A stretch of DNA of 64,000 nucleotides from Dehalococcoidia bacterium (GCA_965243185.1 OZ251531.1:543665-607664); one strand, 5' to 3'; positions 27,162 to 36,305 are shown, counted from the first letter of the stretch. The notes: generated by a model not told the origin, from the letters alone. Program-made: numbers and translations.

Positions 27162-27177
27162 ATGCAATATGTAGTAT
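27162..27177 (+). promoter_or_regulatory. NrdR-box-like operator 2
   Basis: atgcaatatgtagtat also matches 12 of 16 positions. It starts 31 bp after box 1, the ~3-helical-turn spacing typical of tandem NrdR boxes. Confidence 0.5.
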
Positions 27178-27221
27178 TTTTAAGAAAAGTCTAAAACTTT
27201 TTTTAGAAACGGTACAAGGAA

Positions 27222-27854
27222 ATGCGATGTCCCTATTGCGGTTCTGCCGAATCCCGGGTTACCAACTCCCGGGATGTGGAAAACGGCATCCGCCGCCGGC
27301 GGGAGTGTCGCGAGTGTCAACGGCGGTTCACCACTTACGAGCGCATCCACGCCGCTGCGCCGATGGTGACTAAACGGGATAACCGCCGGGAGGAGTTTGA
27401 CCGGGAAAAGCTGGCCGGCGGCATCCGCAAAGCCTGCGCCAAACGGCCGGTGCCGGCGCACCGCATCGAGCAGATGGTCGAGGAAATCGAGGGGGAATTG
27501 CAAGGGCTGGGCCAAGGCGAAGTAGCCACCAGCATTATCGGCGAAACGGTGATGGAACGGCTGAAAAACCTCGACCGGGTGGCTTACATCCGCTACGCCA
27601 GCGTCTATCGGGACTTTCAGGACATTGAGAGCTTTGAACAGGCGGTTAAGGATTTGCGGGAGGGCGGCGGTACGCAGCTGACCCTGCCGCAACTGGAACC
27701 GGGACAAGCCCGGCAGCAACGGCGGCGCGGCGGCGGTTCAAGGGAAGCAGCCGGCCCAGAGCCGCCGGAAACCGACCCCGAAATGGCCCCGGAGACCCCG
27801 GAAGGTAATCCTGAGGACGAACCGACTACGGAAACCCCGGCAACGGAATTATAA
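27222..27854 (+). CDS. nrdR: transcriptional repressor NrdR with an extended acidic/Pro-rich C-terminal tail
   Basis: MRCPYCGSAESRVTNSRDVENGIRRRRECRECQRRFTTYERI (zinc ribbon) + ATP-cone (KRDNRREEFDREKLAGGIRKACAKRP...). 210 aa, versus my recollection of ~150-160 aa for typical NrdR. The extra ~55 aa are E/P/T/G-rich. Confidence 0.9.
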   Translation: MRCPYCGSAESRVTNSRDVENGIRRRRECRECQRRFTTYERIHAAAPMVTKRDNRREEFDREKLAGGIRKACAKRPVPAHRIEQMVEEIEGELQGLGQGEVATSIIGETVMERLKNLDRVAYIRYASVYRDFQDIESFEQAVKDLREGGGTQLTLPQLEPGQARQQRRRGGGSREAAGPEPPETDPEMAPETPEGNPEDEPTTETPATEL

Positions 27855-27868
27855 AAGGAGTTTTTCCG

Positions 27869-28126
27869 ATGAACAGCAGCGCCCAATACTCCGCCCTGAC
27901 CCGGCTCCTGAACCACAACACCAAGGTGCATCAGTTGGAGGAACTGCTCGCGCGGTTGCCGACCCCGGTAGGGGCGGCGGCGCAAGAGGGCGGCGCCGGG
28001 GAGTTTGACCGGGAGGTGAACCCCATCGCCGACTTGCAGAACGACATTGACAAGGAGGTGCGGGCCAGCCTGGTGGCGTGCTGGTTCGCGATGCCCCGGG
28101 AGTTGGACGACCTCGAGGAGATTTAG
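27869..28126 (+). CDS. hypothetical protein (85 aa)
   Basis: AAAAGGAG RBS lies 8 nt before the ATG. GC3-rich codon usage like neighbouring genes. No recognisable motif. Confidence 0.5.
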   Translation: MNSSAQYSALTRLLNHNTKVHQLEELLARLPTPVGAAAQEGGAGEFDREVNPIADLQNDIDKEVRASLVACWFAMPRELDDLEEI

Positions 28127-28156
28127 CCGGCGGCCGCGCCGTCCGGGGAGGCAGCT

Positions 28157-28594
28157 ATGTTGAACATCAATCGCACTGCGGATTATGTGGTTTTGTGGAA
28201 AAGCCACAAACGGGCGGAGTGGGCGGCAGTGGGGTTGGACGGCCAAGCTGCGGAACTGCGGCAGCGGCTGGAAAGCGGTGTCAACTTGGATTTGTCCCCG
28301 GCGGCGGCGCAACTGACGCCGCCGGGGCCGGCGACCAATATGGCGGTGGCGGTATTGCCGCAGCGGGAATTGGCCGCCGCGCCGGCCGGCGGATTGGCGG
28401 TGGCGGAAGTTCCGGTGAAAGCTGACGCCGCCGCGGAACTGGAATTGCTCGAAGCGGAAAGCCGCCGGATGTGGAAACTCCACGCCGAACTGGGCGGCGA
28501 GTTGTCCCAAGTGGCCCGGTTACTGACGGCGGCACAGAGACAATCGGCGGAAAAAGTGTTACAACAGTGGGCGGAAACCGGCGCCGGTTCCTGA
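28157..28594 (+). CDS. hypothetical protein (145 aa)
   Basis: GGGGAGG lies upstream of the ATG. Same strand and codon style as the nrdR/nrdJ neighbours. Predicted coiled/Ala-rich C-terminal half. No recognisable motif. Confidence 0.45.
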   Translation: MLNINRTADYVVLWKSHKRAEWAAVGLDGQAAELRQRLESGVNLDLSPAAAQLTPPGPATNMAVAVLPQRELAAAPAGGLAVAEVPVKADAAAELELLEAESRRMWKLHAELGGELSQVARLLTAAQRQSAEKVLQQWAETGAGS

Positions 28595-28717
28595 ACCGGG
28601 CCGGGACGATTTCCCCCGTTGCAACCGCCCGGCAGCAAAGCCGAGACTGGTGAAGTTTGCTAATTTGGCAACTTCCCGCCCTACCATCAACACCAAAGGG
28701 AGTATTACAATAATCCT

Positions 28718-29149
28718 ATGCTTGACCAAGTTAACTACCTGGTAGAAATCCGCTGCCAGCCCCTGCCTCTGGAGCAGGCGGCCGCCTTGGCCGCCGCCGT
28801 GGGGCGCAGCTTTCCGGTGCGGGACTGCCGCCTTGCCCCGGAGGGGCTGACCGTCGCTTTGGCGGCGTCCCATCCCCTGGCTTACGGCGCGCTGAAAGAC
28901 CTGGCCGATTTGCTGGAGCGGGAACTGGCGCAGCGCGGGGCGCAATTGCAGTCCGGGGTCATCCGCCAAGCCGTTGCCGCCAGTCCGCTGCGGGCGGCGG
29001 TCAATACCATCGCCCGTTGCCTGGGCCGGCCGCGGCCGCTCCGGGCTGTGCCGGTGATGTATTTCCATTGGGGATTGAACCTTGACCTGATGCTGAACGC
29101 CCGGCTGAACCCGCCGCCGCGTCTGGAACTGGCGGCGGATTCCCGGTAG
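28718..29149 (+). CDS. hypothetical protein (143 aa)
   Basis: ORF with GC3-rich codon usage between nrdR and nrdJ. No recognisable motif. Confidence 0.45.
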   Translation: MLDQVNYLVEIRCQPLPLEQAAALAAAVGRSFPVRDCRLAPEGLTVALAASHPLAYGALKDLADLLERELAQRGAQLQSGVIRQAVAASPLRAAVNTIARCLGRPRPLRAVPVMYFHWGLNLDLMLNARLNPPPRLELAADSR

Positions 29150-29283
29150 GCATTTTCCCCAAAGCCGGCCGGAAAGCGGCCGCCGGAATTCAACGAATGC
29201 CCGACTAGCTATTGCCTTGAGGAGGGGATAGCCCAACCGAGTAACTTGACTTTATATTTTCGAGCGCTGCAAGGGTGAGGAAA

Positions 29284-31755
29284 ATGGCAACCATCAAAGA
29301 AAGTACGGGCCAAGCCACCGCCGAGACGCGCCGTCGGCTCCGGGATGCCTTGGCCGCCGCCGGCATCAGCGGCCAAATCAACAACCGTTCCACCGAGTTG
29401 ACGGAGAACTCTCAGGTGGTGTTGCGCCGCCGCTACCTGTCCAAAGACCGGGAGGGCAATGTCCTCGAAGACCCGGACGGGATGTTTCGGCGGGTGGCGT
29501 GCAACCTGTCCCAAGCCGACCGGAACTATGGCGTCCCGGAGCGGGAACGGCAGGCCACGGAGGAGGAGTTCTATGATGTGATGCGGAGTCTGGAGTTTAT
29601 GCCCAACTCCCCGACGCTGATGAACGCCGGCCGGGAGTTGCAGCAGCTTTCGGCGTGCTTTGTGCTGCCGGTGGACGATTCCCTGGAATCCATCTTTGAC
29701 CGGGTACGGCAGACCGCGCTGATTCACAAGAGCGGCGGCGGCACCGGCTTTTCCTTTTCCCGGCTGCGGCCGGAGGGGGATGTGGTCGGCACTACCGGGG
29801 GCGTGGCGTCCGGGCCGGTCAGCTTTATTAACGCCTTTGACGCCGCTACCGATGTGGTCAAGCAGGGCGGCACCCGCCGCGGTGCCAATATGGGCATCCT
29901 GAATGTGGAACACCCGGATATTCTGCGCTTTATCCACGCCAAAGAGGACGGGGAACACCTGATTAACTTCAACATCTCCGTCGCCGTTACCGAGGATTTT
30001 ATGCAGCGGGTGGAGCAGGGCCGGGATTATAATCTGGTGAACCCGCGCACCGGGGAAGTAGTCGGTCAACTGAACGCCAAAGCGGTTTTTGACCGCTTGG
30101 TGGAAATGGCGTGGAAAACCGGCGACCCGGGCATTGTCTTTCTGGACCGGATTAACCGGGACAATCCCAACCCGCAACTGGGCTGGATTGAGTCAACCAA
30201 TCCCTGCGGTGAACAGCCCCTGCTGCCTTTTGAATCCTGCAACTTGGGTTCGCTGAATGTAGCCCGGATGGTGCGGCATACCGGGGAGGCGGTGGAAATG
30301 GACTGGAACCGGCTGGCCCGGGCGGTCCGCACCGGCGTCCATCTGCTGGACAATGTCATTGATATGAACAACTATCCCATCCCGGAAATTGCGGCGATGA
30401 GCAAAAAGACTCGCCGCATCGGAATGGGCATTATGGGCTTTTCGGACCTGCTGGTGCAGTTGGGTATCCGCTACGATTCCGAGGAAGCCCTGGAGTTGGG
30501 CGCGGAAGTGATGCGGCGGATTCAAGAGGAAACCTACCGGGCGTCGGCGGAACTGGCGGAACGGCGCGGCGTCTTTCCGGCTTGGGAGGGCAGCATTTAC
30601 AACCGGCCGGGGCAAGTGCAGCGGATGCGGAACTCGGCGCCGGTGACCATTGCGCCTACCGGCACCATCAGCATCATCTCCGGGGCCTCCAGCGGCATTG
30701 AGCCGCTCTTTGCCCTGTCCTATGTCCGCAATGTGATGGACAATACCCGGCTGGTCGAGGGCAATCCCTACTTTGAGGCGGTGGCCCGCTACGAAGGCTT
30801 TTACTCCACCGAACTGATGGAGCAGTTGGCGCAAAAGGGCAGTCTGGCGTTGATTGACCCGGAGCTGCCGGTGCCGGATTGGGTTAAGGAGGTGTTCCGC
30901 ACTTCCCACGACATTACCCCGGAGTGGCACGTGCGGATGCAGGCCGCCTTTCAGCGGTACACCGACAACTCGGTGTCCAAGACCATCAACTTCCCGGCCG
31001 AAGCGACTATTGCCGATGTTGCCGCGGCCTACCGTCTGGCTTACGAAACCGACTGCAAGGGCATCACCGTTTATCGGGACGGCAGCAAGGAAGGGCAGGT
31101 GTTAAGCACCGGGGACACTGGCAACGGCGCGGTGAGCGATGTCCCGGCTGCCAATGGCTACGGAGCGGATGGCGATTATCTGGTCATCCCGGAGCGGCGG
31201 GTGCCGCGGGAACGGCCGCGGCAGATTCACGGCGTTACCGAGCGGGTACGCACCGGCCACGGCAATATGTATATCACCGTCAACTTCGGCGAAACCGGCA
31301 ATCCCTTTGAGCTGTTTGGGACTTTGGGCAAGGCCGGCGGCTGCGATTCGGCGCAGCTGGAAGCCATTTCCCGGCTGGTGTCCCTGGCGTTGCGCTCCGG
31401 CATCAGCGCGCGGGATGTGGTGACGCAGCTGCGGGGAATTACCTGCTGCCCGGCGTGGGACAACGGGACGCTGGTGCGCTCCGGCCCGGATGCGGTGGCG
31501 CTGGTTCTGGAAAATTACGCCGGGGACGCCGTCGAAACCCTGAACCCGCCGGAAGTGGAGTCGGTGCAAATGCAGTTCGTCCCCCAGCCGGCGCAGCGGA
31601 ACGGGAAGGGGGAGCTGGCGGCCGGGAACGGCGTCTTTCGGCAGACGGTCCCGGCGGTCAGCATTGCCCGCAAATGCCCGGACTGCAACACGCCGGTGAT
31701 TTTCCAGGAGGGCTGCCTGATGTGCGTAGCCTGCGGCTGGAATAAGTGTGAGTAG
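29284..31755 (+). CDS. nrdJ: adenosylcobalamin-dependent ribonucleoside-diphosphate/triphosphate reductase (class II RNR)
   Basis: LRRRYL...PNSPTLMNAG...LSACFVLPVDDSLESIFD...GGGTGFSFSRLRPEGD...STNPCGEQPLLPFESCNLGSLN...TISIISG...SVSKTINFP, plus a C-terminal Cys-rich ribbon CPDCNTPVIFQEGCLMCVACGWNKCE. ATG 29284 (GGTGAGG upstream) or GTG 29275. Confidence 0.9.
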   Translation: MATIKESTGQATAETRRRLRDALAAAGISGQINNRSTELTENSQVVLRRRYLSKDREGNVLEDPDGMFRRVACNLSQADRNYGVPERERQATEEEFYDVMRSLEFMPNSPTLMNAGRELQQLSACFVLPVDDSLESIFDRVRQTALIHKSGGGTGFSFSRLRPEGDVVGTTGGVASGPVSFINAFDAATDVVKQGGTRRGANMGILNVEHPDILRFIHAKEDGEHLINFNISVAVTEDFMQRVEQGRDYNLVNPRTGEVVGQLNAKAVFDRLVEMAWKTGDPGIVFLDRINRDNPNPQLGWIESTNPCGEQPLLPFESCNLGSLNVARMVRHTGEAVEMDWNRLARAVRTGVHLLDNVIDMNNYPIPEIAAMSKKTRRIGMGIMGFSDLLVQLGIRYDSEEALELGAEVMRRIQEETYRASAELAERRGVFPAWEGSIYNRPGQVQRMRNSAPVTIAPTGTISIISGASSGIEPLFALSYVRNVMDNTRLVEGNPYFEAVARYEGFYSTELMEQLAQKGSLALIDPELPVPDWVKEVFRTSHDITPEWHVRMQAAFQRYTDNSVSKTINFPAEATIADVAAAYRLAYETDCKGITVYRDGSKEGQVLSTGDTGNGAVSDVPAANGYGADGDYLVIPERRVPRERPRQIHGVTERVRTGHGNMYITVNFGETGNPFELFGTLGKAGGCDSAQLEAISRLVSLALRSGISARDVVTQLRGITCCPAWDNGTLVRSGPDAVALVLENYAGDAVETLNPPEVESVQMQFVPQPAQRNGKGELAAGNGVFRQTVPAVSIARKCPDCNTPVIFQEGCLMCVACGWNKCE

Positions 31756-31838
31756 GGGGGATAGTCCCCGGCTGGCCGGAAATGGCGGGTATCGAGAAAG
31801 CCCCTCGGTTAGCACCGGGGGCTTTCTTTGTAGGGCTG

Positions 31839-31847
31839 TGCTATAAT
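31839..31847 (+). promoter_or_regulatory. extended -10 promoter element (TGCTATAAT), near-leaderless start of the DUF4258 gene
   Basis: tgctataat ends 9 nt before ATG 31857. No SD sequence in between. Confidence 0.5.
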
Positions 31848-31856
31848 CCAGCGGCA

Positions 31857-32204
31857 ATGCAGGATAATGACCGGCGGGACGAAATAGTTGGCGCAATTCG
31901 GCAAAAGGTTGCCGGCGGCGTCTTTGAGTTTTCCGACCACGCCACTTATCGGAGCATCCGGCGGGGTATTACGACGGAGGAGATTCGGCAGGCCATTGCC
32001 AGCGGCGAGATTATCGAGGACTATCCCGACGACTACTATGGCCCCAGTTGCCTTATTCTTGGCTATACTCTGACCCAACGGCCGCTCCACATACATTGCA
32101 CCTACGCCACCCGTCCGCTGGTCAAAATAATCACCTTGTACCAACCCGACCCGTCGGAGTGGATGGAAAATTACAAAATCAGGAGGCCGCTCAATGGCTT
32201 GTGA
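31857..32204 (+). CDS. DUF4258 domain toxin-like protein
   Basis: FEFSDHATYRSIRRGITTEEIRQAIASGEIIEDYPDDYYGPSCLILGYTLTQRPLHIHCTY..IKIITLYQPDPSEW fits the DUF4258 pattern. It overlaps the downstream zinc-finger gene by 11 nt. Confidence 0.65.
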   Translation: MQDNDRRDEIVGAIRQKVAGGVFEFSDHATYRSIRRGITTEEIRQAIASGEIIEDYPDDYYGPSCLILGYTLTQRPLHIHCTYATRPLVKIITLYQPDPSEWMENYKIRRPLNGL

Positions 32205-32427
32205 CCTCTGCGGCGCGCGAGTGTCGGACGCTATGGTAACTTACCCCTTGGAGCTGGATGGACGGTGGGTTTTGATTGAGCAGGTGCCGGCCCGGGTCTG
32301 TGTCCAGTGCGGCGAGCGTCTGTTCGCCCCGGATACGGTGGATAAGTTGCAGCAAATCGCCCGGGGCGTTCAGAAACCGCAGCGCATCCAGGAGACTCCG
32401 GTGTTTGACTTTGCCAGCACTCCCTAG
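32194..32427 (+). CDS. YgiT-type zinc-finger protein (MqsA N-terminal-like), putative antitoxin
   Basis: 77 aa; CDLCGA...(25 aa)...CVQCGERLF, two CxxC pairs, with the typical 'V.Y.....g.....e.vPa..C..CGE..f' layout. Confidence 0.65.
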   Translation: MACDLCGARVSDAMVTYPLELDGRWVLIEQVPARVCVQCGERLFAPDTVDKLQQIARGVQKPQRIQETPVFDFASTP

Positions 32428-32508
32428 TCTTTGCGTTGGGCGGGCGGCGGCTCGCAAAGTTTCCCTATCCAAGTGTGGGCTAATCCTCCGGCGGCGGTTA
32501 ATCGAGTC

Positions 32509-33498
32509 CTACTCCCAACGGGCAAAGCCCATGGCGCACCCGGTTCCGGCTGCCGACCGGTAGCACGGCACATAGTCCACTACTTGCATATCCAGGTGTT
32601 CCACGGCTCCGGCGACGGCAATCCAGTTGCGGATTTCCGAGTTGCCGGAGTTCAGCTTGTTGCGGGGCAAGGTTGCTAATGCGGCGGCATCTCGATTCTG
32701 CATCGCGTTCAGCACGGCGTTATCCAGCTCCTCGTCGATGACAAAGTGGCTGAGGCCGCCGGAGGCGATTACCGCGACCCGGGCGTCGCCCGGCCATTCC
32801 TGAACGGCGGCGCGCACGGCCTGCCCCAGTTCGTAGCAGCGCTGCGGCGTAACCTGATTGGGCGGGTAGTAGGTGTTGACCATTAGGGGCAGGGCGGGAA
32901 TGGGCTGCTGCCGCAAAATGCGCTGGTACAGGTAGCCGAAGGCGTGGCCCATCCCCTGCCCGGCCGGCAGGCGGCGGGAATGCGCTACATCAAACTGGCG
33001 GTCAACCAGGTATTCAATCAGATGGCGGCCCAAATCGAAGGCTACCGGGTAGTCGATTTCCCGGTCGGCAAACCAACCCCAAGCGTTGGCTTTGCGGTGG
33101 GCCGGCGCGGTGTCAGGTATTTCAACCGGGATGCTGCGGATGGTGTCGCCCCAATAAACCAGCACGGCCGGCATATTGCTGTCATTGAACAGCTCCAACT
33201 GGTCATCGCCAATCATCACCACAATGTCCGGGGCGGCCTGCTCCAGAGTCTGCCCCAAGGCGGCGATACCCTGCTGGCAGGCGGCATAGCGGGTTTGGAA
33301 CTTGTCGGCGGTCAATTCCTTGGCGATGATGGCGGCGGCGGCGGTGGACAGCAGTTCCTCGAAAGAGTAGGGCTTGCCATCCGAAGCCCACAGTTCCTGA
33401 TGCCGTTTATCGCCCTCGCCATAAGCCCGCCACAACTCCGGCGGAGTGCTCAACTGCGGGCTGTGGGACGAACCGATGCCCAATACAATATCAGCCAT
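32509..33498 (-). CDS. class III extradiol ring-cleavage dioxygenase (LigB family)
   Basis: MADIVLGIGSSHSPQLSTPPELW...VVMIGDDQ...GMGHAFGYLY...IASGGLSHFVIDEELD is LigB/gallate dioxygenase-like. GGAGGG RBS lies before ATG 33498, inside the longer ORF to 33588. Confidence 0.75.
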   Translation of the reverse strand: MADIVLGIGSSHSPQLSTPPELWRAYGEGDKRHQELWASDGKPYSFEELLSTAAAAIIAKELTADKFQTRYAACQQGIAALGQTLEQAAPDIVVMIGDDQLELFNDSNMPAVLVYWGDTIRSIPVEIPDTAPAHRKANAWGWFADREIDYPVAFDLGRHLIEYLVDRQFDVAHSRRLPAGQGMGHAFGYLYQRILRQQPIPALPLMVNTYYPPNQVTPQRCYELGQAVRAAVQEWPGDARVAVIASGGLSHFVIDEELDNAVLNAMQNRDAAALATLPRNKLNSGNSEIRNWIAVAGAVEHLDMQVVDYVPCYRSAAGTGCAMGFARWE

Positions 33499-33705
33499 AA
33501 CTTTCCCTCCTGCGTTCCCGTCAGCCATCCCGACCGGGACGCTTAACTTGCGGCCGGTAATTTCCGTTATGGTAGCATAAATTGTCAATCAGCCCAGCTG
33601 GGGTGATTGAACCGCCCAATCTCTTTAGGATGATTTGCGGCCGGCGTACTGATGAACCGGCAAAGGGTGTATAATGCCCGCAACTACCAAGCAAGGGGCA
33701 GAGAA

Positions 33706-33984
33706 ATGGAGTTCCGCTATATCCTCACTGACTACATCCAACAGGCTATGTCCCAAGCCGTTTTTGAGGACATCGGCGACGGCACCTTTGGCGGTACCAT
33801 TCCCCCTTGCTGGGGCGTCTTGGCTTTCGGCGACACTGTAGCCGAATGTCGGGAGGAGTTGCAGTCTGTCCTCGAGGATTGGATTTTGACCGGTTTGTGG
33901 TGGAAACATCCCTTGCCGGTAGTAGCGGGCATTGACCTGAACCCGATTAAGGAGCCGGTCCGTGAACCGGTGGAATCCCTGTAG
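33706..33984 (+). CDS. hicB: HicB family antitoxin
   Basis: MEFRYILTDYIQQAMSQAVFEDIGDGTFGGTIPPCWGVLAFGDTVAECREELQSVLEDWIL is UPF0150/HicB-like. TATAAT at 33670-33675; it overlaps hicA. Confidence 0.7.
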   Translation: MEFRYILTDYIQQAMSQAVFEDIGDGTFGGTIPPCWGVLAFGDTVAECREELQSVLEDWILTGLWWKHPLPVVAGIDLNPIKEPVREPVESL

Positions 33985-34195
33985 CCGGCAGGATTTTATC
34001 CGGCGGTTAAGCCGGCTGGGATTTGATGGCCCGCATCAAGGCGGCCGCCATCAATATATGACCGTCGGGCTACGGCGTCTGATTCTCCCCTCCAACAGGG
34101 ATTACTCAGTTCGCCAAGTGCGTATGCTGCTCCGCCAAGTAGAGGAAAGGCTCGGGCGCAGTCTAAATATCGAGGAATGGAATTCCCTTTCCTGA
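33962..34195 (+). CDS. hicA: HicA family mRNA interferase toxin
   Basis: SRQDFIRRLSRLGFDGPHQGGRHQYMTV....ILPSNRDYSVRQVRMLLRQVE follows the YcfA/HicA layout. GTG start overlaps the hicB 3' end by 23 nt. Confidence 0.65.
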   Translation: MNRWNPCSRQDFIRRLSRLGFDGPHQGGRHQYMTVGLRRLILPSNRDYSVRQVRMLLRQVEERLGRSLNIEEWNSLS

Positions 34196-34218
34196 CGAAC
34201 TAGCCAACCGGTATTAAC

Positions 34219-35127
34219 TTGAACGAACAGCCACCGGCCAACTTGCCATCTCCCCCCATGGCCGCCACCGTCCGCGCCCCCAGCGTTTGCGGGGAACTGG
34301 CGCAGGGGATGTTGGGGGATGATTATTTTCTGGTAACTTGCCCGGTGGATTTTTTCGCCCGGGTGCGGGTGGAGCTTTACCAGGAACTTTCCGGGGTCGA
34401 CGCCCCGCCCGACTGCGCCAAGACCGCCGCCGCCGTAGCCCATACCCTGGCTTATCTCGACCGCCCCGACCTCGGCGCGCGGGTCAGCGTCAGCAATCCC
34501 ATCCCCCGCGGCAAGGGTATGGGCAGCAGCAGCGCCGACCTGGCCGCCGCCATTGCCGCTACCGGCTTGGCGTTAGGCGTTGCCTTGTCCCCGGCGGAAA
34601 TCGGCCGCATCGCCCTGCAAGTGGAGCCTACCGATGGGGTGATGTTCCCCGGCATTGCCCTTTTTGACCATCGCAATGGTAATCTAATCGAGGAATTGGG
34701 CCGGCCGATGCCGCTGGAAATTATTGCTCTGGATTTCGGCGGGGCGGTGGATACGGTGGAGTTCAACCGGGTTGACCGCCGTCCCCAATGGCAGGCGATT
34801 CAAGCGCAGACCGCTGCGGCTCTGGACTTGGTGCGGGAAGGTTTGGCCCGGGGCGACGCCCGGCTGTTGGGGCAAGGCGCATCTCTTAGCGCCGCCGCCA
34901 GTCAGCAGGTATTGTTCAAGCCCCGGCTGCCGGATGTTGTCCGCTTTGCCGAAACGGTGAACGCAGTCGGGGTCAATGTAGCCCATAGCGGCGTGGTTAT
35001 CGGGGTGCTGCTGGACGCTAGGGAACGGCGCGGCCGGTCAGTGTTCCGTCAAGCCCGGCAAGCCTTCCCGGAGGCCGCCGCCATTCACCATCTGCGGGTC
35101 ATTGGCGGCGGAGTGCAGGCGGTTTAA
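34219..35127 (+). CDS. GHMP kinase family protein (PduX-like L-threonine kinase candidate)
   Basis: APSVCGELAQGML...SNPIPRGKGMGSSSADLAAAIAA (GHMP motif II)...EPTDGVMFPG. Start uncertain (TTG 34219 or ATG 34258). Confidence 0.65.
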   Translation: MNEQPPANLPSPPMAATVRAPSVCGELAQGMLGDDYFLVTCPVDFFARVRVELYQELSGVDAPPDCAKTAAAVAHTLAYLDRPDLGARVSVSNPIPRGKGMGSSSADLAAAIAATGLALGVALSPAEIGRIALQVEPTDGVMFPGIALFDHRNGNLIEELGRPMPLEIIALDFGGAVDTVEFNRVDRRPQWQAIQAQTAAALDLVREGLARGDARLLGQGASLSAAASQQVLFKPRLPDVVRFAETVNAVGVNVAHSGVVIGVLLDARERRGRSVFRQARQAFPEAAAIHHLRVIGGGVQAV

Positions 35128-35148
35128 TCGGCTTTCCATCCTCAGGGT

Positions 35149-36167
35149 CTTTTAATTGTTTCCGATACGGGGGGTAATCAGGGGAGACATTAAGGAAAAG
35201 GGAGGTAGCGGCTATGTCGAAAAGGTTGGTGCGGTCGTTGCGGGAAGTTCTAGCCAGGGTTCCGGATCCTCACCAACCCGGGGGCGGGATACTTTGGCTT
35301 TGGCGAGGGTCGCAGTTTGTATGCTATGGCCCAATGGGGGCGAGAGCACCCGGAGTTGGCCCAAGCCGAGGGCTTTACTCGGGAACAGCCCCCTTGCGTG
35401 GCGACTTTGCAATATGTTTTCCGGCGGCTGGATGTAGCCGCCTTTGCGGCCCCCTTAAGCCAATGGGCTTGGGCGGCCTTGCCGGCCGAGACAACGGCTT
35501 TAGCGGTAGATGGCAAGGCATTGCGGGGATTGCACGGGGACGAACTGCCCGGGGGCGGTTAGTAGCCGCCTATGCAGTGTATGCCGGCCAGGTGGTCAGG
35601 CAAAAGGGGGCCGGGCAGCCCAAATCTAGTGAACTGGGGGCGGGACGGGAATTTTGGCGGCAGTGGAGCTGCTGTTTCGGGAGCCGCCCTTTGGGGAAGC
35701 CTTCCCGGAGGCGTGGCAAGCCAGCCGCCACGGCGGGCGTAAAGAGCAGCGCTGGCTGCGGACTGCCACCGCCTTGACGGATTACCTGGATTGGCCGGGA
35801 TTGCAGCAAATATGCTGCCTGTAGCGCGCCCGCACCGAGCGGGGAACGACGACGGTGGAGACGGCTTACGCCATCACCAGTTTATCCCCGGAGCAAGCGA
35901 CCTTGGAGCGGCTGCTGGAAATTGTGGCGGGGGCATTGGGGCATTGAGAACCGGCTGCATTGGGTGCGGGATGTAACTTTTGGCGAGGACCGCTGCCGGG
36001 TCGGAAGCGGGGCGGCGCCGCAAGTGTTGGCGGCTTTACGCAACCTGGTCAGCGGGCTGCTGCGCTTGGGCGGCCATTGCAACATAGCCGCCGCCTTGCA
36101 GTATTACGGCTGGCGGGCCGCGGCCGCTTTGCAACTCTTGGATTTCCCCCGCGCTGACAATTAAAAG
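35149..36167 (+). mobile_element. decayed ISAs1-family insertion sequence (frameshifted/internally deleted transposase pseudogene) with terminal inverted repeats
   Basis: cttttaattgt (35149-35159) is the exact inverse of acaattaaaag (36157-36167). Transposase pieces sit in three frames: ..VPDPHQP.. / AMAQWGREHPELAQAEGF...LAVDGKALRG (N-terminal part, stop at 35562) and GHWGIENRLHWVRDVTFGEDRCRVGSGAAPQVLAALRN (C-terminal part, 35922-36164). At ~1.0 kb it looks too short for an intact copy. Confidence 0.7.
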
Positions 36168-36305
36168 CCCCCCGCCATCCCCTATTGCAATCCCCCAAAG
36201 CCCCGTGTTAAGGTTGAAACAGCATACCCAACCAAGGCCAGCGCCCCCGCTCGCTAATCCGGGGCCGTCTGGCCATCCCTACCCTTACCGGAGGCAGTAA
36301 AAACC

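Noticed and set aside
29150-29283. Search for NrdR boxes or a cobalamin riboswitch directly upstream of nrdJ.
   Set aside because: The only AT-rich patch (cttgactttatattttcgag) does not align to the NrdR-box palindrome, and no riboswitch core is seen. The absence is used as context in the nrdR finding.
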